From: Camelus ferus
Taxonomy: Eukaryota
Direction: 5' to 3'
Length of the DNA: 64,000 nucleotides
Assembly (NCBI RefSeq): GCF_009834535.1
Contig: NC_045702.1
Span: 32,984,001-33,048,000 of the forward strand
Each line of letters starts with the position of its first letter. The stretch's first letter is position 1. The notes below the pieces were generated by a model that did not search any database, had not been told where the DNA came from, and saw nothing but the letters and a program-made list of their open reading frames with translations. Shown one piece after another: positions 39,927 to 50,700 of the stretch. Both the position numbers and the translations under genes were made by a program.

Positions 39927-40085
39927 TCAGCCGATGGAGCTGCACTTTTTACTCGTACGTCTGTGCGGCGGGCGGCTAAGAGGCGAGTCTTCGGCTAACA
40001 ACAGAGGCGAGAAGCGGCGTGGGTAAGAGTGGACGGTGGCGGCAGCAGAAATCCCCGTGAAGAGCTGTGATCGGAAACGATACAT
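39927..40085 (-). CDS. IFRD1 5'UTR uORF, 52 aa (MYRFRSQLFTGISAAATVHSYPRRFSPLLLAEDSPLSRPPHRRTSKKCSSIG*)
   Basis: Translated codon by codon: ATG 40085 (A at -3) to TGA 39929-39927, ending 43 nt before the main ATG. It is below the 60-aa ORF-track cutoff. A 52-codon uORF is known in mammalian IFRD1. Confidence 0.92.
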   Translation of the reverse strand: MYRFRSQLFTGISAAATVHSYPRRFSPLLLAEDSPLSRPPHRRTSKKCSSIG

Positions 40086-40999
40086 GTTTCTCTCTAGCGC
40101 GGGAGCTAAGGCGGGGCGGGTGAGGCCACGACGCCTTAAGTAGCAAGACCGCCGCCTGTCGTCACCATATGTGGGCGGGACTCGAACTCTCGCTAGCCAA
40201 TGCCTGTAGATTTCCCCACCGGGGTCCCATCGCGGGCGGCCGCTGGATGCTAACTACCGATCCAATGCTGTCCGTCTTCCAGCGGCGCTCAGGGAGCCAG
40301 TCTCCGCCCCGCGCCGGATCCTGGGAAATGTAGTCGGCCTGGAGAGCCGGCTCCCAGCTCCTCCCACCGGGCCTTGCTTCCCTTCTCGTGACCCCTCCCC
40401 GGTCTTGGAATTGACGGAGGTAGTGAGCAATGCTGCGGGTATGCCCCATGACGACAGCCCGCTTCCAACTGGGAGCGTTGCTCATCCGTCGTCTCCAGAG
40501 ACTCGCGTTCATCTCCTTAACCTTTCCCCTAGTTGCCTGCTGCCTCAGCCCAGGCACAGCCATGCCCCTCCTTGGGAACATTTGCATGGTTTTAGTTGTT
40601 CAATTAGTTTAGCGATCATCAGTTACCTATAATTGAATTGTGGTTCTGGGCTAATTGTGTACCCCACCTTCCAAAAGGTGTGCTTTGATCTACTTAGTCA
40701 CGTAGTTCGTATGTTATCTCCTGTTCTAGACTAGAACGATCTGGCGATTCAGGTTTCTATACAAGAAATGTGTACGTAGGACAATTCTGCCTGTGGAGTT
40801 AGGAGGTCAGTCTGGGATAAGGATTGGGTTTGGGGAACTTAACAGCTGGTAAAACAAACATGAGCTATAAATACCAGTAATCGCAGTGTTTTTAATTTTC
40901 CAAGGTACTCCTAAGATCTTTTGTCTTGTTACATTTGTCACATATTTAGGGCCTGTTATTAAGTACATATATTATGCTTATAACAGACCAAACTCACTG

Positions 41000-42440
41000 A
41001 CTCACCTCAGTGTAGGTGACTCAGGTGCCTCATCCCTTACTCCACCTCTCTCCTGAGCCCCTTCTCTTACTTTCAACTGCCTGTGGGACATTTCCACCTG
41101 AATGTTCCACTTGCACCTCAATCCAGCATTTCTAATCCTATGTATCCCCTTCCTGTCTTCCCTTTGTGTGTTCACAGTACTACTGTCCTCCCATATGTCC
41201 AAATTCAAAAGCTCAAATTCATACCTAGCTTCCCTGAAACAGTCAGTTTTACCATAAAACTCTTAAATTCATGTCCTCTTTTCCAATGACACATGACCTC
41301 AGTTGGTGCCTGGCCATTTTAAGGGCTCTTCCCAGTTACTTCACAGTGTTACATTCCTGATAATGTTGCCAGATTTATTTGTATGTCCCCTATTTTACTA
41401 ATTCACATGGCTTAATAGTTGCTTACCAGCATATTAAATGCCAATCCTCTTCCCCTGGCCCAGACTCCCTTTCCAGCCCCATCTTTCACTGCTCCAGGTA
41501 CATGCCCTTTTCAGCCTCACTGCCCTGCTCTTCAGTACACAGCTCTGCTCTCCTGCCTCCATATTAGCATTCACATTGTCCAGCATTCTTATAATGTCCT
41601 TCCTCCCACGTTTGCCTTGGAAAATTTTTTTAACTGAAATATAGTCAGTTACAGTGTGTCAATTTCTGGTGAACAGTATAATGTCCCAGTCATGCATATA
41701 CTCCTTAGAAAATTTTATCCATCTTTCAAGATCTAGCTCAAATTCAGCTTCCTTCGTGAAGCCTCCAACTGGAATTATTTTTCCTCACAACTCTTAAAAC
41801 TCTTTGTAATGCTCCACAGATGGCACTTCCCCCACAGGCCACACAGCCTATTCAAAGGACACTATCGCAGGTTTACCTTTTCTTTGTTTAATCCTGAAGC
41901 AGCAAGTAAACCAGAGAAGGATGCAGGTTGGTGGACACAGCTCCCACTGATGCCCTTGTCTTGTCTCTTCAGATGACTGTGCATCCGAAGACCGGTGGCA
42001 TCGGCCCACACTGAGTGAGCTGACCCCAGATTGGAGGATCACAGAACTTATACCTTTTATAATCCCAGGCTCTTCATCATCAAGAAACAACTCACACTCC
42101 ACATAGGGCAATAATGTGGCTACTCTGTGAGCCACATCACTCAGGCTTAATGTCTAGGTTCCAGGCCTTGAAACTTGTGCTTTTTCCACATTTGGGGTGC
42201 TCTCCTTTTATCTGCATCCATTCACGTCCACTTGGAGGCTTTTCCTGGCCAGGCCTGGCCATGACCTGCCACATCATATACATACTTGTTTTACATTTAT
42301 TTATAAACACATCTGTCATCGCATGAAGTTGTCAGCTCCCCAAAAACAAGAACCCTGTTTGCATCATCTCTATCCCTCATGAAGGAATGTTATCTTGGTA
42401 ATTATAGGTAGTCAGTATACGCTAAATGAATGCTTAAGAA
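41000..42440 (+). mobile_element. L2 fragments (interrupted)
   Basis: CAACTGCCTGTGGGACATTTCCACCTGAATG and TCAAGATCTAGCTCAAAT motifs; boundaries approximate. Confidence 0.65.
41629..41702 (-). mobile_element. 74-bp L1 3' terminal stub inserted into an L2
   Basis: Reverse complement of the L1 3' end; TSD CCTT(G/A)GAAAATTTT at 41615-41628 and 41703-41716, 1 mismatch. Confidence 0.8.
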
Positions 42441-44310
42441 ATACTTGTTGACTAGACTTTTCTAGGTCAATAGAAGGCAGCAACCTTCCATACATGGAGT
42501 GTTGGTTTCAGTATAATGAACTCTAAGAGGTACTTTTGAGAAAATCATCTTTCTGTATTTTTACATCCACAGTCTAACTCCAGATCAATACAAGTACCAG
42601 AAAGATTTAGCTGTAGACCTCATATGGCAGTGGTCTTTAACTCAATGTATTGGTTTTGCAACATATTTGAAGAAATTAGAAGACCCCAAACAACATGAAG
42701 TGACTCACAAAATAACCACAAATACCAGGAGAAACAAGGGCAACAGGACAAAAGGCCTCTTCTCACTCACTCAGCTTCCAGACACACCTCAGGTGTCCTC
42801 TTTGCCAACTCAAAATGTAAAGTTCATTCTGCCCTTAGGACTTTTGTAACAGCTCCTCCCTCTACCTGATAGGATCATCTCCTGAGCTTCTCCCAGTTGC
42901 CATTCAAATCTCAGCTTAAATGACACCTCCACACCTGCCCCACGCTCCACTCACCCAGCTCACCACCACTACCCCACCTAGCTTATCCTCCTAAAACACA
43001 TCTCACTACCTAATATTTTTTATAGTTCGGTTATCATTATCTCTCTGCCCTACTAGAATGTTAGAATTATGAGAAAGAAGTTATTTACTGCTACATCTTC
43101 AAGTTGAGTATTAGAGCTTGGTAGATATTCAATTCATGTTTACTGAATGAATAAGTGGATGAATAATTGAATGTCTGCTCTGCCTGGAGCATTCTTCTCC
43201 ACAATCTCCCCCTCATCCTTTAAATCACAGATTCTGAATACCCTATTCCCCCACCCCATCTGATTTCAATGTCTCTCTTGTGTTCCTATAGTACCTTTCC
43301 TATAATAGCATTAACTATATGTATTGTAACTCTTGATAACTTGTCCATTTCTCATCAGACACAAAGTGGGCAAAGTTCAAGTTCATTATCTCTGAATCAG
43401 ATGCCAGGGCTTTACTAGCACAAGTAGCACCTTTATGCAAATTAGAGAGGCCAGGGCACCCAGCTTGCTGAGTGCTAATGGGCTAGAATTCACCTATCTC
43501 AGTCCCCTCCCAGGAGCAACCTGTAGACTTGTACATAGTGGCCCTGGTAGACACTAGCTGTTTAATTCAGTGAGGGTGTGAATTTCCTCTATATCTTAGT
43601 TTCTTAAAGGCAAATCAATGAAGGTGGAGGAATGCATGAGACTTATTTACCAAAAGCCCACTCTGTNNNNNNNNNNNNNNNNNNNNNNNNNNNNNNNNNN
43701 NNNNNNNNNNNNNNNNNNNNNNNNNNNNNNNNNNNNNNNNNNNNNNNNNNNNNNNNNNNNNNNNNNNNNNNNNNNNNNNNNNNNNNNNNNNNNNNNNNNN
43801 NNNNNNNNNNNNNNNNNNNNNATAAATACATCCATCACCTCTGAAAGTTTCCTCTAACCTTTGCGTGTATGTCAGGAACACTATTCTAGGTTCTTTTCAC
43901 ACATCTCATGTACTTCTTACAACACCCCCATGAAGGAAAGATAAGCCTTTCCATTTTGCAGATGAGGAAATGGGCTCTGAGAGGTTTTGCAACTTCCCCA
44001 AAGTTGTACCATTGGTAAATAGTGGGTCTGTGATTAAAATGCAGGCCCATCTGATTCCAAGGTTGTCCCTGGCTGGCCTTGGCCACACGGGAACACGACT
44101 GTGTGTTCCCAGGAGTCATGGGTTATGTATGCAGTCCTGCTGGAACAGGCCAGTCTGGGCAAAATCTTGCCTTGTTCCCCTTTGTTAGTGTCCCTTGACC
44201 CCTGGTGTTTTCAACTGCCTGATGGTTGTTTGGCAGATTTGGATTTTTCTGATATTTCTAAGGCTGTAGCAAAATTGTATTATCAAACAGCATTGTTATT
44301 CAAGCAAATC

Positions 44311-44439
44311 AAGGGTATAGCTCAGTGGCAGAGTGCATGCTTAGCATGCACAAGATCCTGGGTTCAATCCCCAGTACCTCCAGTAAACAAACAAACAAAC
44401 CTAATTAATTCTCCTGCCCTAAAAAAAAAAAAAAAAAAA
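44311..44439 (+). mobile_element. tRNA-Ala-derived SINE (Vic-1 type) with (CAAA)n, linker and poly(A) tail
   Basis: A box TAGCTCAGTGG, TTAGCAT anticodon loop, B box GGTTCAATCC, A19 tail. Confidence 0.92.
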
Positions 44440-46359
44440 GAATACAGACTCAGTCTCAGGAGATTTGATAGGCTTAGAAGTCAAGGAAAATTATTCAAGA
44501 AAGTCATTTTTTAAAAAACAATTACCACTTGTTATGTTTTAGGTTACATTCATTTCTTAATATGTTTGCAAGTTTTGTTTTATGGCCAGGGATGGTGATA
44601 ACACAACATGCTAAATCTGAGGTCCCTGTTTGTTTCTTTAAGAAAAGGATACAGTGGTAAATTTAGTTAAAACTCTTAAGCCTTAAAATATATTTTGTTT
44701 GCCTTTTTTCCTTACATAGGAGATATTTCTTGGTGGTTTTCAGTTGAAATTGCATACACTTTCTTTAATGAAATTTCTGACAAATGAAAGACAATGAGTG
44801 TAAGTTCAATTGTCTTTTTCTAAAAAGAGAATGTTGCTTATCTCACAAAGCTTTGGTATTATCCATAATACAGTGTAAGTCTGTGTTAGAAGAGTACTGC
44901 AAGCCATAAGTACCATGGTGTGCATAACTAGACAATAATGTCCATGACATATCATGGTGGAACGGCTTTTCACAGCAGCAGCACACGTATGAATTATCTT
45001 TTCTTTGAACATAAAGATACCATGAACTTTTTCTTCTGGAGATCTCTGACACTTCATACCAAACATAATCAAAATCAGCTTGTTCTCTACCAATCCCTCT
45101 ATCCTTAATCCTACAACCAGTTCTCTTTCCCTGCTTTCTCTGTGTATCGAGTAGCATCAATCTTCTGGCCAAACAACCAGAGTCTTAGCGTTGAAAAAGA
45201 CTTGAGAGTTAATAGACTTCAAACTCCTGTCTCATCTAGAAACACGTTGACAACATGACTGAGTCTATTGTCTAATTTAGTCTTCCAGGGTTCAAATCCT
45301 GGCCATGCTTCTTGCAATAGATTCTTGAGCAAGTCATTTCACCTCTCTCCGTGCCTTAGTTTCAACGAGGATAATAACAGAACCTATTTCATGGGACTGG
45401 CATGAGAAATACATGAAATAATACATGTAGAGCACTTAACCCAGTGCCCAGCATATAGTAAACGCTCAATAAATGTTAGCCTTTAGTATTAGCAAGCAGA
45501 TATTTATCCATCTTTTCCTAAACTCTGCCAGAGTGAGCAATCACCCAACTTTTCAAGGCAGTTCATCCCAATATTGAATATTTATGTTTAGAAAAGTCTC
45601 ATATTCTTTCAACAAATATTCATCAGGAGTCTGCTATGTACCTAATACTGTGCTAGAACCTGAGAACAAAGAGATGAGTGAGAACAGGGTATCTGGCCTC
45701 ATGAAGTCCCTAGTCCAGCAAGAGAGCTCAGCATTAAGTGGCCTGTGGCTGTTCTGCCCTCTCAGCCCACTTGGATCCCCCAGGACATGACCAAGGAGAT
45801 CCTTCATCCATTCCTAAGCAACTAATCCACCTCCCCAGGGAATTCAGTCCTCTCTTCTACAGTAAATCACCTTGCCCCTGTGAACCTCCACTTCCTTATC
45901 TGTAAATGGGAGTAAACAATTCCAGCCTACTATATCACTGGACTGTTGTAAAATAAAATGATATCGTAGTGTAGTCTTTGTAACCTGTCAGGTACTCGAT
46001 AATGATGAGATACTCCTTGTGTTAAGCCAAAGAAAGAAATGACTCTTCTGATGATGGAATTTTAGACATCAGTCACCTAGGGAAGATCTTCTGGCTGGGA
46101 GTTGATAGAGACAGTGAGAGGAGGAACTGTACTAAGCCCCCTAATCAGACTTACCTCCAAGCACGAGACAACTGAATCAGTAAGGTAGCCAGCACTGCGC
46201 CTGAAAAATCCCACTGGTGATCACATATATTGTCAGAAGATCACCAAGTTTTAGATCCAAATAGACCTAGAACCAAAATGCTTTGTCTACCACTTATTAG
46301 TTAGATGACCTTGCATAAGATGCTTCATCTCAGGCATAGTTTCCTTATTTGTAAATCAG

Positions 46360-46725
46360 ATTCTCTCTCCTAGGAATTCAGAAATAGAACTGAGAGACAT
46401 TCAGAGTCTGGACTAGTCTTTTGAGCAGAGGAGATGTAATGTCAAGGAATAAAAAGTGGTGCTCATCTGCCCACCACAGTCATGAAACAACAAGAAAGCC
46501 AATTTGCAGAGAGAAAAGAACGAAATGGGACTTTAGTGAGAAGCAGAGACAAGAGATGACACAGCCCAGCTCCTGAAGGGCATCCACTCCAGGCAGCAAA
46601 AATTCCAAAGACTCAACCAAATTCCTGCCTTCAGGTTCCAGGATACCACCCTGAACTTTTAAAATAAACTCTTTCTTTATCCTTAAGTTAGGTCTAGTCA
46701 GGTTCTAATACTTGCAAGCCAGAGT
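46360..46725 (+). mobile_element. MaLR (MLT1-like) LTR relic
   Basis: AGCAGAGAC...CCAGCTCCTGA...AATAAACTCTTTCTTT.TCCTTAAG...ACTTGCAA pattern; family named by eye. Confidence 0.5.
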
Positions 46726-47197
46726 AACTGATAGTTTCTTCTTGGCGTGTCCCTGTTTTCTTGAGTCTAGTATCCTTGGAAACTCAGGAAACTGTCCAGG
46801 TAGCTGCACATGGGACTTGACAAACCTGTCTTTTAGTCTCAGATGAAAGGCAGTAGGAAGTAGGAACAAATTCTCCGACACTTTGGAGGCATGTTAGCAT
46901 TTTTCTAAATTATGGAGAATGAGTGAACTGCCGGATTTCATTCATCATCAGTGTTATCTGCTGTGAACCAACACAAGCAAAAGAATTCTGAAAAGAGACT
47001 TTAAAAACTTTTAAGCCAAACTAAATTGACCATTTTGGGTTTACCACATTGAAATGTTTATATTAAATAGTTCTTAAGTTATCATTATTTTACTAAAGAG
47101 AAAACTGGCCATTGAACACATGGCTAAAAGACTAAAACTTTTATTAATAAGATACATTTAATTAATATTTTTTCATTCCATTCAAGAAAGGCTTTTG

Positions 47198-47760
47198 TAT
47201 TAGTTTGTAACAAGCACCAGTGATTGCCTACCCAAAATCTGTCTGACCCTCCTTCCTCATTAACAGAACCCTGGTTTTGTCCAGATTTCCAACTGCCTTT
47301 GAGGGGCCCTGTGTTTCAGGGAAGACTGGACCTAGCCTCCACTCCAGAATTTGGGTCATAATTGATCCCATGATTGACTGATTCCCCTTACAAATGGTTG
47401 CTTTAGTCTGAGACATGCAACATAATTCTAGCCAATGACGTGTAAGAGTTGAAGGGTTTTGCAGAAGGATTTTTCCTTCCCAAGAGAAATACAGATGAAA
47501 AGATGGTTTTCCCTTGCTATGAATGTTGTCATTTGTGACCAGGAGGGCAAACAAAGCTAATATACCAGGAATAGCAAAAAGGAAGGATTAAAAAACCTAG
47601 ATGAGATTTTTGAGTCACTCACTTACCAACTAGCACCACACACCACCTTTAGACCACCCATTAGGTGAGATAATAAATAGAGGCCCTTAATATTTAAGTC
47701 TCAATTTTAACTGGAGATTTCTCTGACTTGGGGCTGAAAGTGTCCCAACTGACACTGTTA
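47198..47760. mobile_element. MaLR (MLT1J-like) LTR relic
   Basis: TG start; GATTGCCTACCCAAAATC...CCTTCCTCATTAACAGAACCC and TGAGACATGCAACATAATTCTAGCCAATGA; family named by eye. Confidence 0.5.
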
Positions 47761-50700
47761 TATCTAACAATCCCTGTAAAAAGATGGTAGCATTTGGCAA
47801 TTTCTAACATTCTTATATGCATTCAAAAGTGAGTTGAATAAAAATAATCCCCCAACTATTCCCCTACAACCCTTAAAAATCCCATATGTTCCAAAAGAGA
47901 AAATATCTTTGAAATCCTCATTCCTGTCATCTGCTGTTTTGTAATAGAATGTACCAACATAGCACCACTGCCCACTTCATGCCGCCTCCACAAAATTCTG
48001 TCCAAGAACATCCTGTTAAAACTCTTTCTTTGGAGAATTTCCTTTCCTCCACTCCCACTATTACTGTGTTTGAGTGTTTAGTGGTTTTTTCTTCCCCCAA
48101 TGTCTTTTTCTTTCTCCATCTTTGGCATTCCTAATTAAGAGTTTTTATTTCCCTTAATGGTCCTTAATGAGGTCATTTGTTGCTGCTGTTTATTGGCATC
48201 AGAATTTTTGTAAATGAAACATTTTTCAATGGGAGGAATCAATTTTTCTGTCAATGATATCCCAGGTTGGCTAACTTTAATTATGCTAAGGTTGATGATT
48301 CATGAATGGTAGCTTTCCTTCTAAACAAGGGCTGCCATGATGGATAAGCAACGGTACCTTTAAAAACTAAGGGTATAAAATGTATCTACACACATGATAA
48401 TAGGGTTAATTTAATTCTAAGTATATAGGTCATAACTCTTATTTCTTTGAAGATTATTTGTTGGCTTGATTTCCATAGCTTAGTCTTCTTTGTACAGGAG
48501 GTATCTTCTAGTCTCAAATTATTTCCATTCATGCATCCATTGAGACAAATTTGCCTTTGTCTCCTAGTTCTGTTTCCTAGGATGCATTTTAAGAAGCCCC
48601 AGGCTGATCAAGGAACTCTCAGAATAGGAGGGGAACCAACAACTTTTATGCTTTTGTGAAGGTAATATTCAGTAATGCTCTTTCCTTACTCTTATTCTTT
48701 GATGTTCTACCTTTTTTATCTTAACCCACCTTCTCCGCATCCCCAGTGTTCCCCTAACCAAAGGTGTGCCAGTGCTACAATACCATTTTTTCACAGCCTC
48801 GTAAGCTAGAATACCTGCCTACATATTTTTTTTTTTAATGGGGTAATGCATTTTGCCAGCTTCACAAATTCCTTCTTGTGATATTATGCATTTGTTATAT
48901 TTGACCCAATTTTTTGGATGGAGTAAATACCATCAATTAACTAATATATGTTTTAAATCTTCAAGTCTGATACCCAATACATCAAGCTTTGATATTTCTT
49001 CTAAACTCCAGAACTGTATATCCAATCACTGATTTTTACTGACATTTACTGTCCCACAGACTCCTCAATTCAACAAATTAAAAATGTACATACCTACTCT
49101 ACCTGGCTCAAGCCCACCTGTCTCTCCTTTGGCATTATGAATCACGGTTAATGGCTCTACCATCCACCTTGATATCTAAGTCAGAAACCTTCATCCAGCA
49201 CAATAAACTGTCTCACATCTAAAATATCTCTGGATTCTGTCCTCTCCCCTCATTCCCACTGATTCCCACCAGCTGTTACTTAGCCTCCTACCTCAGCTTC
49301 CCACTTCCAGCCTTGCCCGGCTCCAGGCTGGCAGCGATTTTCCATAAGGCAAATTCCATCACTATCTCCATGAAGACTTTCCAGACCTCACCTCTGTTTC
49401 TGCAGAATGGATTGTCCTCTCTAGTGTGACTCTTAGGCTCTTAGAAATCAGAGAGAATTTCTGTCACAGGGAAGCAGCACAGCCCTTAGTGGTAGAAAAG
49501 TGCATTTTCTGGAATCAGATCATTAGGATTTGAACCCTGGTTCCACCACTTATCAGAGACAAGTTACCAAATTTCTGTGCTTTGGTTTCCCCATCTATAA
49601 AATGGCAAGTGTTTCTAAGGGTTATTGGGAGACTTAAATAAGACAATGCATGCTAGCACTTGGCACATGCTGGTACATAGTAAATAATAAATGTAATATT
49701 AATAATAATTATAATTATTATAATAATAATTATTATAGAAAATCTGTGAATTCCTTTACATTAACTTGTTTATAGTTTTCTTTACTAGCTTTTGATTCTG
49801 TGCATCTAATTCATCTTTGTAGCTCAGCACCTAGCACTGGTCTGAAAAGTACTAGACACTCCAGAAATACTTTTTGATTAAATGATCACATCACTACCTG
49901 GCTCATAACCCTTCATTGCCCCTGGCTGCCTGCAGTATAACATCTATAGTATTTAGCATGGTTTACAAAACCTCTGAAATCTGGTTCCTACCCATGGTTT
50001 TATCTCATCTTCTACAATCCAGCTAAACAAGGTGACTTGCAATCCCCCAAACACACATTTTCTTCAACCAGGAAGGTCTTTCCAGGCCCCTCCCCCAAAC
50101 CTGGTGAACTTCTTTCAATATTCAAGACCCAAATCAAGTATCTTTTCTTTAGTCTTTCCTGACCTTCTTACAGATGGCCAGCATGTCTATAACTACAGGC
50201 AAAATATATAATAAATGATTTGTTGATACTATATTATAATACAGGGTGAAATATTATGTCTTCATTTCCAGACTTCATGGCCATCCTGTACCTGGGACTT
50301 ATCCCTCCCTTCTTCATGCTCCCACATCCCCCTTTGCCTCTTTCATGACGCACTGATTACCCAGGAGGCAGCACACAGAGGCTCTGCCTTATTCATCTTT
50401 GTATCCCAACCACCCAACTCTATAATTGGCACCCACCAAATATTTTTGAATGGATAAAATGTCAACAAACATTTATGGACCATCTGTGAATAAGGCAAGG
50501 AAAACCGCCACCCATTGAACCGCTGATAGTGAATATCCCCAAAATGCAAACTCCCCCCTGCAGTCACTTTCATCCCTGCTGTGCTAGGTGGTGAAGCAGA
50601 TGCTTGGCATGTGCCCTGGTGATCTCACACTGCATTTTTTGCATTCAGCTGTCATTCATGATTAAAATGTGTCTTTCTTGAGTACATATTCCCATTTTTT

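Larger units (their letters stand above)
17033..40100 (-). other. IFRD1: IFRD1 gene span (interferon-related developmental regulator 1 / PC4 / TIS7), 12 coding exons; TSS and 3' end approximate
   Basis: Eleven exons were translated by hand. All readable junctions are GT-AG with consistent phases. With a 129-nt exon 10 the CDS sums to 1353 nt (450 aa + stop). The peptide matches the recalled IFRD1 sequence. Confidence 0.98.
39030..40520. promoter_or_regulatory. IFRD1 CpG island (promoter, exon 1, start of intron 1)
   Basis: Dense CpG and high GC against an AT-rich background. GC box 40113-40120; CCAAT at 40197-40201 and 40262-40266; ACTACAnnTCCCA motifs. Confidence 0.92.

Noticed and set aside
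39286-40026. 246-aa plus-strand ORF and other long ORFs across the CpG island (39059-39517, 40162-40587)
   Set aside because: Stop-codon depletion is expected in GC-rich DNA antisense to exon 1. The peptides are low-information (P/R/G/A/S-rich) with no recognisable domain.
44311-44383. tRNA-Ala(AGC) genes at ~1961/2461, 44311 and 63759
   Set aside because: Acceptor and anticodon stems are mispaired, and the copies have A-rich tails and in one case a TSD. They are tRNA-derived SINEs, not tRNA genes.
44806-45172. Two overlapping minus-strand ORFs (95 and 109 aa) as a possible processed pseudogene
   Set aside because: No recognisable protein in either frame, and no poly(A) or TSD. A BLASTX would settle it.
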